Assembly (NCBI GenBank): GCA_016211945.1
Contig: JACRHV010000004.1
Span: forward strand, 130,649 to 194,648
Origin: Minisyncoccota bacterium
GTDB taxonomy: Bacteria > Patescibacteriota > Microgenomatia > UBA1400 > UBA12028
Direction of reading: 5' to 3'
Length of the DNA: 64,000 nt
The notes under the pieces are model-generated. The model did not search any database, was not told where the DNA came from, and saw only the letters and a list, made by a program, of their open reading frames with translations. The position numbers and the translations under genes were made by a program. The number at the start of each line of letters is the position of its first letter. Within the stretch, counting starts at the first letter, position 1. Positions 46,014-55,325 of this stretch are shown piece by piece.

Positions 46014-47357
46014 TTATTTTATCACGGATTGCGTTCTTCTCTTGGTGTGCTGCTTCTTCGCAAAACGGTGCGACTCGTCACGAATCCGTCGAAGAAGTAT
46101 TGAAGCAAGATCGTCATCTTGCAGCTGATGTGTCGTGTATGTTTTTGTTTTTTGGTTGTAGAAGAATAATCGATCCGGTTCTTTTGCGAGCGAGCACACG
46201 GGAATTGACCATTTCCACACCGTCTGTGCCGCGCGAAGTTGGCCTTTACCTCCATCAACAACAACAAGATTTGGAACTCCCCACTCCGGATGCTTCTGTC
46301 TTCGAGTCAATACCTCCTTCATCATCCCATAGTCATTTGGCGTTTTTCCAAGCGTAATATTAAAAATCCGATATTGACTTGGGTCCATTTTTCCATGTTT
46401 TGCAACAACCATTGATGCGGTTGGATTCGTTCCCTGCGTATTGCTAATGTCATACCCCTCAATTCTATCTAGAGGAAATTGTTTTGGAATAGCGATGTGT
46501 TGTGCAAGAATTCTGCGCAGTTGTACCATCATTTCATCCCCTTCCTTTTGTAGTAGTTGGGGAAGTTTGAGATCTTGCGGAAGAGATTGTTTTGTCGTTG
46601 TCACTTCACGAATCATCTGGATTTTGTCTCGAAGTCGTGCCGCTGATTCATACCGTTTTTCAGATGACGCTCTATTCATTTCATCGAGTAATTGTGCGGT
46701 AAGTTCTTGTGTTTTCCCGTGCAAAAATGCACGGAGATGCAGTATTGATTGTTTGTAGTCTTCTTCACCAACCAAACCAGTACATGCACCGGAGCAAAGT
46801 TGGAGATGGACAAAGAAACATGGTTTCCCTGATTTGTGTTTTTCATTACACCAACGGAAGATAGGGCGGATCATCTTCAGCACATATCGGACTTGCGTTG
46901 ATGAAGGAAACGGACCAAAAACAGCCATACTATTGCTTTGTTTGAAAATAGTTTGCTTATGAGTAGTGAGAACACGTGGAAATTTTTCATTGGTGATAAA
47001 GATATACAACGGAGATTTATCATCTTTTAATAAAATGTTGTACTGTGGTTGGTGTGCACGAATGAGCTCAGCTTCTACCAGCAATGCTTCAAACTCAGAA
47101 CGTAACGCTTGAAATTTTACTCGTATCGCAGTTGTGACAAGTATTGTTGTTTTTTCGTTATGTTTGAAAATTTGCGTATAAGAATACAATCTTTTGTATA
47201 GATTTTTCGCTTTGCCCACATAGAGGATATTAGCGTTGTCGTCTAAAAACCAATATACACCCGGCAATGAGGGCGCAGAGTCCAAGACCGACACCCACCG
47301 CAACTGCGGGATTGATCTGACCAGCTGTTGTTTCATATCGTAATTCCTCGTTTCCAA
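46014..47357 (-). CDS. uvrC: Excinuclease ABC subunit C, short form lacking C-terminal (HhH)2
   Basis: GIY-YIG 'PGVYWFLDDNANILYVGKAKNLYKRL'. A UVR coiled-coil 'LTAQLLDEMNRASSEKRYESAARLRDKIQMI'. An RNase-H-like endonuclease domain '...GYDISNTQG...LVVVDGGKGQL'. 447 aa. The 5' end overlaps the upstream gene by about 100-128 nt. Confidence 0.75.
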   Translation of the reverse strand: METRNYDMKQQLVRSIPQLRWVSVLDSAPSLPGVYWFLDDNANILYVGKAKNLYKRLYSYTQIFKHNEKTTILVTTAIRVKFQALRSEFEALLVEAELIRAHQPQYNILLKDDKSPLYIFITNEKFPRVLTTHKQTIFKQSNSMAVFGPFPSSTQVRYVLKMIRPIFRWCNEKHKSGKPCFFVHLQLCSGACTGLVGEEDYKQSILHLRAFLHGKTQELTAQLLDEMNRASSEKRYESAARLRDKIQMIREVTTTKQSLPQDLKLPQLLQKEGDEMMVQLRRILAQHIAIPKQFPLDRIEGYDISNTQGTNPTASMVVAKHGKMDPSQYRIFNITLGKTPNDYGMMKEVLTRRQKHPEWGVPNLVVVDGGKGQLRAAQTVWKWSIPVCSLAKEPDRLFFYNQKTKTYTTHQLQDDDLASILLRRIRDESHRFAKKQHTKRRTQSVIK

Positions 47358-49023
47358 CCTTCACCGTTATTGTACCTTTTTGCTGAGTAAAAATTGTTGA
47401 AGAACCCACCGGAATTTTTACGGTTGTTTTTTGATAGGGCAGAAGTGAGACGACTCTGCGTTTTGGTTGTATCAATGACAACGAGGCACTTGCGTCGATC
47501 TGGACTGGTACGTCGTACCAGGCCATACCCGTAAGGTTTTCTATTGTTATTTCGTTTGACTGAAAAAACGTAGGAGCTGTGAGATTTACTGCGAACTGTG
47601 GAGACTCCACGGCGCGTTGAACTTTTACCTCAACGTCCTTTTCCTCCTTCCCTGTTATTTTGTACATACCGGCAGCAAAAGGCTTCTCACTTGAGATACC
47701 GTGTATAGCAAACACAATGTGATTCATGTCGAGTTTTGAGAAGAAATCAACCCCGCGTGTTGTATTTCCCCACGTTGGATCAATTGGAATCCACATTTTT
47801 TTCGACTCATCATAATATTCTGGCCATGCGTGGAGTAGGTCTCCAACAAGACTGAGCGGACGTAATCTTGGATTTTCTGTGTAGGCAAACCCATTCAGCT
47901 CTCTTGCGGGTATTCCTGCTGCGCGTGCAATTGCAATAAAGGTGTCTGTAAATTCCTGGCAAAGCGCTTGTGCTGGAGCAGCTAGCGCTGATACAGCACC
48001 ACGTCGATTTGCATCAGACTGACGTAGTCTCTCGTAATCGTATGTAAATGTTTGAACAAGATATTCATATATCGCTTGCGGTGTTTTCAGCTGCTTTGCT
48101 AAACGTTGTACCTCGTCACTCTGTACCTCCCAATACGGTGGCTCGCTCAAGTACGAGGTTGGCGGTTTTTGTATTGGAAAATCTTTTGATGGTTTGAGTG
48201 ACACCCTCACTGAACCTTGAACGGTAATCAAGGCTTCCTTTTGTGAATCGACGGTAAAGGTTGCAATCCAGTTACCATCCTCATCCTCTTGTATAAGATC
48301 TGGCTTTGGATATATGGAGGAAAATATCACGTGCTGATATGGTGTTTCTGGCGGTAGAGCTATTTGAGAAACACCCCTTGAGATAGAGGGGTTGGACAAG
48401 TGATATTTGAGAGTAAATGAGTACTCTTGCGCTTCTCCAAACAACATGTTGATACCCTGCTGTATTCCTTGGGTAAAGGTAAAGATGTTTGCGGCTTCTG
48501 TGGTTTTGATGGTATACGTCTGCGGAGCAGCCGCAGAGGGATTTCCAAACTGCACTGGCACCTCGATTTTAACGATATATGAATGAAATTGGTCTTCTTT
48601 TGCAAGTTTTGGAATATCAATTTCTAAAGTCTTCCCCACAATCACTGCTGCATCAGGATGTTCGTAATCGATAAAAAATATGCGTTCTTTATCTTTGCCA
48701 ATAATTTTGTCTGAAAATACCAACGCGATTGTCGTTTTTGTATCCGTTTTTGTTACGTGAACAGGGATATCTTTTTGGCCTTCCGTGTATGCACGAATAC
48801 TCCGAAGCGAAGTCGAGCTTACTTCCAATGCATATTGTGTGGAATACAGTGTGGAGAAATTATTCTTAATTCGAATTTCATTCCGAACTAGGGTTGTGCC
48901 AAGCGAGTTAAGCGAGTACGTGGAGGTAAGAGTAGTGGAAAATTCTTGAAGAGCAAAAATATTATGTTTTGGAAAAAGAAATAAAGATGCGAAAAGAAAT
49001 ATCGTAAATAAACGAGACCTCAT
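47230..49023 (-). CDS. Transglutaminase-like (Cys-His-Asp) domain protein, secreted with C-terminal TM anchor
   Basis: 597 aa. A signal peptide. Beta-rich N-terminal domains. The TGase core is 'CQEFTDTFIAIARAAGIPARELNGF...LHAWPEYY...WIPIDPTW'. A C-terminal 'AVAVGVGLGLCALIAGCILVFRRQR' anchor. Confidence 0.75.
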   Translation of the reverse strand: MRSRLFTIFLFASLFLFPKHNIFALQEFSTTLTSTYSLNSLGTTLVRNEIRIKNNFSTLYSTQYALEVSSTSLRSIRAYTEGQKDIPVHVTKTDTKTTIALVFSDKIIGKDKERIFFIDYEHPDAAVIVGKTLEIDIPKLAKEDQFHSYIVKIEVPVQFGNPSAAAPQTYTIKTTEAANIFTFTQGIQQGINMLFGEAQEYSFTLKYHLSNPSISRGVSQIALPPETPYQHVIFSSIYPKPDLIQEDEDGNWIATFTVDSQKEALITVQGSVRVSLKPSKDFPIQKPPTSYLSEPPYWEVQSDEVQRLAKQLKTPQAIYEYLVQTFTYDYERLRQSDANRRGAVSALAAPAQALCQEFTDTFIAIARAAGIPARELNGFAYTENPRLRPLSLVGDLLHAWPEYYDESKKMWIPIDPTWGNTTRGVDFFSKLDMNHIVFAIHGISSEKPFAAGMYKITGKEEKDVEVKVQRAVESPQFAVNLTAPTFFQSNEITIENLTGMAWYDVPVQIDASASLSLIQPKRRVVSLLPYQKTTVKIPVGSSTIFTQQKGTITVKVGNEELRYETTAGQINPAVAVGVGLGLCALIAGCILVFRRQR

Positions 49024-49029
49024 ATGTGA

Positions 49030-51960
49030 TCACCCCAGCTCTTCCTTCAAATAAGATCCTGTTAATGAATTTTCATTTTCTACAATATCACGTGCTGTCC
49101 CAACTCCAACAATCTCTCCACCGCCATCACCACCTTCTGGCCCAAGATCAATAATCCAATCCGCATTTTTAATCACATCCATGTTATGTTCGATCACAAC
49201 CACGGTATTATCTGCATCAACCAATCTATCCAAAACATACAATAATTTTTGTATATCTTCAAAATGAAGACCTGTTGTCGGCTCATCTAAAAGATACATC
49301 GTGTGATCCGTTGATCGAATTGATAGTTCTTTTGCGAGTTTTACACGTTGCGCCTCACCACCAGAAAGTGTGGGGGCAGGTTGACCCAACTGAATGTATC
49401 CCAGCCCAACGTCTTGCAGTGTTCTTAACTTCGTTTGAATTGTTTTTGCAGCACCAAAAAATTCAATGGCTTCATCAACCGTCATCGCCAACACTTCCGC
49501 GATATTTTTATCTTTGTATCGCACCTCCAACGTCTCTGTGTTATACCGTGATCCGTGACACACATCACACGTAACATACATATCTGCTAAAAACTGCATT
49601 TCAATTTTTACCTGTCCTTCACCCTGGCACGCCTCACACCGACCACCCTTGACATTAAAACTAAACCGACCACTTGTGTATCCATGTGTTCGCGCGTCCT
49701 GTGTTTGTGCAAACAATTCGCGGATCAAGTCAAAAATTTTGGTGTATGTTGCCGGATTGGATCGTGGTGTTCGGCCGATAGGACTTTGATCAATAAGACT
49801 CACGCGTTTCAACAATGATGGAACCTTCAATTGTTTAATTTGTCCAGGTTTTCCTTCAATGACTTTTCCAAGTTCTTGAGCAAGATTCTGATACAACGTG
49901 ACATGTAATAATGTCGACTTCCCAGAACCTGAAACACCAGTTATACATGTAAAAGTACGAAGAGGAATGTCTACATCAATAGCTTTGAGATTGTGTGCTG
50001 TTGCGCCGCGAATCCCAAGGTGTTCTCCGCTCCCACCGCGAGGAGATTCGCGGACAAGACTTACTTTTTTCCTACGACTGAGGTACTTTCCAGTTAGCGA
50101 CGCTGAATCGTTCATAATCTGCTTAGGCGTACCTTCCGCAACAACTTCACCACCGTGTTTTCCAGCCCGAGGACCAAAATCCACAATGTAATCCGAAGCA
50201 AGCATGGTGTCTCTGTCATGTTCAACCACAACAACAGAGTTGCCGGTATCACGGAGTTTTTTCAGCGTATCGATGAGACGATGGTTATCGCGCTGGTGCA
50301 GTCCTATCGTTGGCTCATCTAACACATACAACACACCAGTAAGTCCTGTTCCAATCTGCGACGCCAATCGGATACGCTGTGCTTCACCACCGGCTAGTGT
50401 TGCAGCCTCACGCGAGAGTGTGAGATAGGTAAGTCCAACCGCATCCAAAAAAGAAAGTCTCGCGGTAATCTCCTTGACAATTGGTTCGGCAATGAGTCGC
50501 TCTTTGTCCGACATTTCCTTGTCCCGCACTTCCTTTACCCAAATCAGCGCCTTGGTAATAGAAAGGTCTGTGACATCTGTTATATTCATGTCACGAATCG
50601 TGATACTTAAACTCTCTGGCCGCAAACGCCGGCCATCACATGAAGGACAGACTTCTTTTCGCATGTACCGCTCAATCTCTTGCCGAATAAACTCAGACTC
50701 TGTCCCAGAGTACCGTCGTTCTAATTCTGGAATAAATCCAGGAAATGTTTCTCGAATCGTTGTGCTTTTCCCAAATCTATTTTCGCCATGCACTTCATAT
50801 GTTTTGTTGTCACCATAGAGTAGAATCTGTTGAACTTTCTCTGGTAATTCCTCAAACACTGTTCTTTGTGTACACCCATATGCTTCCACCACAACGTTGA
50901 CCAACCTGCCAAACCACGTTTCGTGTTCAAACATGCGGGCAAACGGAATGATCGCCCCCTCACTTAAAGAAAGCGACGGCGCAACAATTTTTTTCACATC
51001 AATTTTTAATAACGTACCAAGACCATGACATGTTTCACACGCACCGTGTGGCGTGTTGAATGAAAAAATTCTCGGTTCAATCTCCGGAAGACTTGTCCCA
51101 CAGGTTGGGCACATAAATTTTTCTGAGTACATGATGTCGCGCATGTGCTGTGGCTTTTCTGGAAAACTGTGTGATGCGTCGTCAATAAAACTAGCGGTCA
51201 AAAGACCATCTGCCAATCGTAAGGCCTGTTCAATTGCCTGAACTATGCGACTACGATCCTGTTTAAACAGCTCAGAATCTCTACGAATTTCTTTTGAGAT
51301 CACGAACCGATCAATGACCACGCTAATCGTGTGTTTGTTATTTTTTAACAACACAAAATCCTCGTCAATCGTGTAAAGCGTTCCGTCTACGCGGACACGT
51401 TGATATCCCTGTTTTTTTATATTTTGAAACAGTTGCTGAAACTCACCTTTTTTGTCACGAACAACTGGCGCAAGGATCATAAATCTCGAAGCTACTTTTT
51501 TTTCGAGATCCAGATCGATAGCGGCTACAAGATGATTGACGATTTGGTCGACACTCTGCTGCATGATTTCAGAGCCACAGTTTGGGCAATGTGGATGACC
51601 GACGCGCGCAAAAAGTAAACGAAGGTAGTCATAAATTTCGGTAATCGTGCCAACAGTGGACCGTGGATTGTGCGAGGTTGTTTTTTGATCAATCGAAATA
51701 GCGGGGGAAAGTCCTTCTATAGAGTCGACGTCCGGCTTGCCCATGACACCTAAAAATTGACGAGCGTATGAAGACAGGCTCTCTACGTATCGTCGCTGAC
51801 CCTCCGCGTATAAGGTGTCAAATGCAAGCGAACTCTTTCCACTACCGGACATGCCCGTAAGCACAACAAAAGAGTCTTTCGGAATATCGAGATTGATATT
51901 CTTGAGGTTGTGCTGGCGAGCACCGCGAATTCTAATGTATTGAGCCCCATCCTTCGACAT
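49030..51960 (-). CDS. uvrA: Excinuclease ABC subunit A
   Basis: The start is chosen at 'MSKDGAQYIRIRGARQHNLKNI' (ATG 51958-51960). Two ABC modules, both with Walker A 'GMSGSGKSS' and 'GVSGSGKST', plus zinc-finger Cys clusters. The 68-aa N-terminal extension in the ORF track is rejected. Confidence 0.9.
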   Translation of the reverse strand: MSKDGAQYIRIRGARQHNLKNINLDIPKDSFVVLTGMSGSGKSSLAFDTLYAEGQRRYVESLSSYARQFLGVMGKPDVDSIEGLSPAISIDQKTTSHNPRSTVGTITEIYDYLRLLFARVGHPHCPNCGSEIMQQSVDQIVNHLVAAIDLDLEKKVASRFMILAPVVRDKKGEFQQLFQNIKKQGYQRVRVDGTLYTIDEDFVLLKNNKHTISVVIDRFVISKEIRRDSELFKQDRSRIVQAIEQALRLADGLLTASFIDDASHSFPEKPQHMRDIMYSEKFMCPTCGTSLPEIEPRIFSFNTPHGACETCHGLGTLLKIDVKKIVAPSLSLSEGAIIPFARMFEHETWFGRLVNVVVEAYGCTQRTVFEELPEKVQQILLYGDNKTYEVHGENRFGKSTTIRETFPGFIPELERRYSGTESEFIRQEIERYMRKEVCPSCDGRRLRPESLSITIRDMNITDVTDLSITKALIWVKEVRDKEMSDKERLIAEPIVKEITARLSFLDAVGLTYLTLSREAATLAGGEAQRIRLASQIGTGLTGVLYVLDEPTIGLHQRDNHRLIDTLKKLRDTGNSVVVVEHDRDTMLASDYIVDFGPRAGKHGGEVVAEGTPKQIMNDSASLTGKYLSRRKKVSLVRESPRGGSGEHLGIRGATAHNLKAIDVDIPLRTFTCITGVSGSGKSTLLHVTLYQNLAQELGKVIEGKPGQIKQLKVPSLLKRVSLIDQSPIGRTPRSNPATYTKIFDLIRELFAQTQDARTHGYTSGRFSFNVKGGRCEACQGEGQVKIEMQFLADMYVTCDVCHGSRYNTETLEVRYKDKNIAEVLAMTVDEAIEFFGAAKTIQTKLRTLQDVGLGYIQLGQPAPTLSGGEAQRVKLAKELSIRSTDHTMYLLDEPTTGLHFEDIQKLLYVLDRLVDADNTVVVIEHNMDVIKNADWIIDLGPEGGDGGGEIVGVGTARDIVENENSLTGSYLKEELG

Positions 51961-52086
51961 GTTTTCTCCCAAACAAAGTCCGAAGAGATAGTGTAGCAAA
52001 GATGAAAAACAGATGCCAGTATCGGTTTGTTGACGTAGGAGAACTTCGCTGGTAAAATTCTGATCAATCAATGAAAAGGAGTATTT

Positions 52087-52374
52087 ATGTCCGATGAACA
52101 AAAAGTTCGATTTGTATATAAGGGTACGGAGTACGAGGTTCCACAACAACCAGATTGGGATAATCAACTCATCGTTTTAAGTGGTGGTCTTGTCGTTTGT
52201 GCATTGGAAACTCTAGAGTCCTCTCCTAAAAGACCAACTCGTATTGTGCCAACGGAGCAAAAAATTGATCCCTACACTCTACTCGAACCAGATACACTCA
52301 GCGCCACTTTGGCATCATTAAACGCTGTCTTCGCTCGTGCCGTAGGACCAGCGCCAGCAGTTGTTGAAGAGTAA
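52087..52374 (+). CDS. Hypothetical small protein divergent from uvrA
   Basis: 95-aa ORF. It is preceded by 'AAAGGAG' about 7 nt upstream of the ATG. It lies in the divergent intergenic region. Confidence 0.45.
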   Translation: MSDEQKVRFVYKGTEYEVPQQPDWDNQLIVLSGGLVVCALETLESSPKRPTRIVPTEQKIDPYTLLEPDTLSATLASLNAVFARAVGPAPAVVEE

Positions 52375-52405
52375 TGAGTATTTACACTACGTTCTTCTTT
52401 ATATC

Positions 52406-53068
52406 TTATGCGGTTTTCCAGAATACTCTTTTTATTCTAAACCACAATGAAAATCCTTTCTCTTTTTTGTGGACACTCGATGCGTCCGCGCGCATATGAA
52501 GTAGGGCTGGTATCACGGAAATCACTACAATAGCCCCAACAATTGGCAGGAGATATTTATCGACATTGGGAACAAGTGTTCCAAGGAAGAATCCTCCAAG
52601 CGTCATTCCGGCCGCCCACAAAAAACCGCCAACAATGTTGTACGAGAGAAACTTATCGTACTGCATGTTCGCCATACCAGCCACAATTGGTGCAAATGTT
52701 CGGATAGCTGGAATGAATCTCGCTAAAATTAATGTTTTTCCCCCATGTTCTTCATAGAATCGCTGTGCTTTAAAAAGATGGTGCTTCTGGAAAAAGAATG
52801 TATCTTTTTGTCTCATCAACCAACCACCAAATTTTCTTCCCATCCAGTATCCGGCGCTGTCACCAGTGATAGCCGCAACAATGAGAAGCGGGACAAGCGC
52901 CCAAATATTCAGGAAACCTTGGGATGCAAGAAGACCTGCGGTAAACAATAAACTATCTCCCGGTAAAAAGAATCCAAAAAATAATCCGGACTCCGCAAAC
53001 ACAATCGCAAACATGCCAACATATCCAACGGCCTTAATAATCTCGATCAAATCAAAATGGGGAATCAT
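52406..53068 (-). CDS. dedA: DedA/VTT-domain family membrane protein
   Basis: 220 aa. 'YVGMFAIVFAESGLFFGFFLPGDSLLFTAGLLASQG' is the DedA signature. Confidence 0.8.
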   Translation of the reverse strand: MIPHFDLIEIIKAVGYVGMFAIVFAESGLFFGFFLPGDSLLFTAGLLASQGFLNIWALVPLLIVAAITGDSAGYWMGRKFGGWLMRQKDTFFFQKHHLFKAQRFYEEHGGKTLILARFIPAIRTFAPIVAGMANMQYDKFLSYNIVGGFLWAAGMTLGGFFLGTLVPNVDKYLLPIVGAIVVISVIPALLHMRADASSVHKKEKGFSLWFRIKRVFWKTA

Positions 53069-53107
53069 ACAAACCTTTCTTTTACCAACCCACCTATCCT
53101 AAAAGAA

Positions 53108-55204
53108 CTACGCAAGTTTTGCAATGACATCACGTATTTCTGCGGCCCGTTCAAAGTTCATCGCTTTTGCCGCACCATTCATCTCGCGCGTGAGTACTCG
53201 AGTGTATTGTTTTTTCTCTGCTGGCGTAAGTGAGTCTGAATCAATCTCATAGAGAGAGACTCTTTTATCTTTCCCCATTTTTATCTCTATCCGCCGTTTT
53301 TGTTGCGGAGTATGTGACGAACCGTCCTCATCTTTTACACGAGCGATCATTTGATCGCGAATAGGCTTTTGAATACTTGTTGGGGTAAGACCGTGCTTTG
53401 TATTATGCTCTATTTGATATGCACGGCGACGTTTTACCTCATCAATCGCACTTTTCATTGAGTCCGTGATACGGTCTGCGTACATAATGACATGCCCCTC
53501 TTGATGACGAGCAGCACGACCCATTGTCTGTACGAGTGATGTGCGCGACCGTAAAAATCCTTCTTTATCTGCATCCAAGATAGCTACCAATGAGACCTCC
53601 GGCAAATCCAAACCTTCACGCAACAAATTGATGCCAACCACGACATCAAAAACACCTCGACGAAGATCATCTAAAATATCCGACCGATCAAGCGTTTCTA
53701 CATCAGAATGGAGATATTGTACTTTTGGAAGTTCTCCTGCATATGCGTCGTCTTTCATTAATGCGTGAAGTTTTTCTGGCGTGTTGAGATATTCTGTCAA
53801 TGCCTCCGCCATCCGCTTTGTAAGTGTGGTCACAAGTGTCCGTTGACCAATTGCTTTTCTCTTTATAATTTCTCTCGTTAAGTCCTCAACCTGCCCCTCG
53901 GTTTTGCGAATCTCGACCTCGGGATCGAGGAGGCCGGTAGGACGAATGAGTTGCTCAATAACACGGTGATCAGAGATACTTACCTCCCACTCATTTGGAG
54001 TTGCAGAAACAAAGAGCATATCGTCCATATTTCGCATGAACTCCTCAAACTTGAGTGGGCGATTATCCAGCGCGGACGGCAAACGAAATCCATAGTCCAC
54101 TAATGTCTTTTTTCTTGATTGATCACCGTTGTACATACCACGTATCTGTGGAACCGTTATGTGTGATTCATCAATCACGGTTAAAAATGATCCATCTCCA
54201 AATGTTTTAGCGTTCTCCACGAAGTGGTCGATGAGCGTGTATGGTGGGTCACCCGCGTGTCGCCCATCGAAGTACCTCGAATAATTTTCAATACCGTTTA
54301 CAAATCCCAACTCACGAATCATATCCATGTCATAGTTTACCCGTTGTTCAAGTCGATATGCTTCGAGTATTTTGTTGTTTGCGCGGAGTTTTTTGAGTTG
54401 CTCCTCAAGATCTTGCTTTATTTCCGCCAATGCTTGCTCTTTTGTTGTTGGATCGGCAATATAATGTTTTGCCGGATAGATGGTGACACGGTTCACTGGT
54501 TCTTCAGAAATAGTATCTCCCGTCACAGGATCAATTTCATCAATCCGTTCAATTGTGTTTCCAAAAAGATGGAGTGCATAGGCAGTATCCTGGTATGCTG
54601 GCCAAACTTGAATTGTTTCGCCGCGAACACGATACGAGGCGCGTTTGAGATCAACGTCAGTGCGTTGGTATTGAAGATTGGTGAGTTGAAGAAAGATTGT
54701 GGTACGAGGAATGAGCTCACCGGACATGAGAGTGAGTGTGTTTTTTGCATACTCTACCGGCGATCCGAGGTTATAGATGCATGAGACCGATGCGATCACG
54801 ATCACATCTGGCCTCGTTAATAAATTTGTTGTTGCGGCAAGACGCAGTTTGTCAATATCGTCATTAATCTGCGTTTCTTTCTCTATATAAGTGTCCGTTG
54901 TTGGTAAATAGGCCTCCGGCTGATAGTAATCGTAATAGGACACAAAATAACTTACCGCGTTATCAGGAAAAAAATCGCGAAATTCTTGATAGAGTTGTGC
55001 CGCTAGTGTTTTGTTATGAGAGATGACGAGCGTTGGCTTTTGAACACGTTGAATGACATTGGAAACAGAAAATGTTTTCCCGCTTCCCGTGACTCCCAAC
55101 AAAACTTGCTTTTTTTGACCCTCTTGTATCCCCGCAACAAGCTCCTCAATTGCTTGAGGTTGATCACCGGTTGGTTGGTATGATGATTTCAATGCAAACT
55201 TCAT
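53108..55204 (-). CDS. uvrB: Excinuclease ABC subunit B
   Basis: 698 aa. 'SYQPTGDQPQAIEEL...LLGVTGSGKTFSVSNVI', helicase motifs, a beta-hairpin region, and a C-terminal UVR domain 'AAEIRDVIAKL'. Confidence 0.9.
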   Translation of the reverse strand: MKFALKSSYQPTGDQPQAIEELVAGIQEGQKKQVLLGVTGSGKTFSVSNVIQRVQKPTLVISHNKTLAAQLYQEFRDFFPDNAVSYFVSYYDYYQPEAYLPTTDTYIEKETQINDDIDKLRLAATTNLLTRPDVIVIASVSCIYNLGSPVEYAKNTLTLMSGELIPRTTIFLQLTNLQYQRTDVDLKRASYRVRGETIQVWPAYQDTAYALHLFGNTIERIDEIDPVTGDTISEEPVNRVTIYPAKHYIADPTTKEQALAEIKQDLEEQLKKLRANNKILEAYRLEQRVNYDMDMIRELGFVNGIENYSRYFDGRHAGDPPYTLIDHFVENAKTFGDGSFLTVIDESHITVPQIRGMYNGDQSRKKTLVDYGFRLPSALDNRPLKFEEFMRNMDDMLFVSATPNEWEVSISDHRVIEQLIRPTGLLDPEVEIRKTEGQVEDLTREIIKRKAIGQRTLVTTLTKRMAEALTEYLNTPEKLHALMKDDAYAGELPKVQYLHSDVETLDRSDILDDLRRGVFDVVVGINLLREGLDLPEVSLVAILDADKEGFLRSRTSLVQTMGRAARHQEGHVIMYADRITDSMKSAIDEVKRRRAYQIEHNTKHGLTPTSIQKPIRDQMIARVKDEDGSSHTPQQKRRIEIKMGKDKRVSLYEIDSDSLTPAEKKQYTRVLTREMNGAAKAMNFERAAEIRDVIAKLA

Positions 55205-55237
55205 GATGCTATTTGTCCTATTAAGTTCTAGTTGACT

Positions 55238-55305
55238 GTTCGTTTTCCTTTCGGTTATTGTGGATATAGTTCGCTTTCGGTTCGGGCGAACACTGCACGA
55301 ACTTC
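55238..55305. promoter_or_regulatory. Putative LexA operator / divergent uvrB-lexA promoter region (nested GTTCG...CGAAC pentamer repeats)
   Basis: GTTCG occurs at 55238-55242, 55269-55273 and 55280-55284. CGAAC occurs at 55287-55291 and 55298-55302. Layout: GTTCG-N6-GTTCG-GG-CGAAC-N6-CGAAC. It lies in the only intergenic region between the divergent uvrB and lexA. The pentamers match Cheo-box half-sites. Confidence 0.4.
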
Positions 55306-55325
55306 AACCGAAGGAAAGGAGAACT

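Noticed and set aside
51961-52167. 68-aa N-terminal extension of the uvrA ORF (MIIPIWLLWNLVLRTLIYKS...)
   Set aside because: The hydrophobic, unconserved extension would run into the divergent promoter and the small plus-strand ORF. The conserved UvrA N-terminus (MSKDGAQYIRIRGARQHNL) begins at the ATG 51958-51960, so the longer ORF is an upstream in-frame artefact.
55260-55325. N-terminal extension of lexA (MDIVRFRFGRTLHELQPKERRT)
   Set aside because: The extension covers the putative operator or promoter itself. A GGAGA Shine-Dalgarno precedes the internal ATG at 55326, which gives a normal LexA length of 205 aa.
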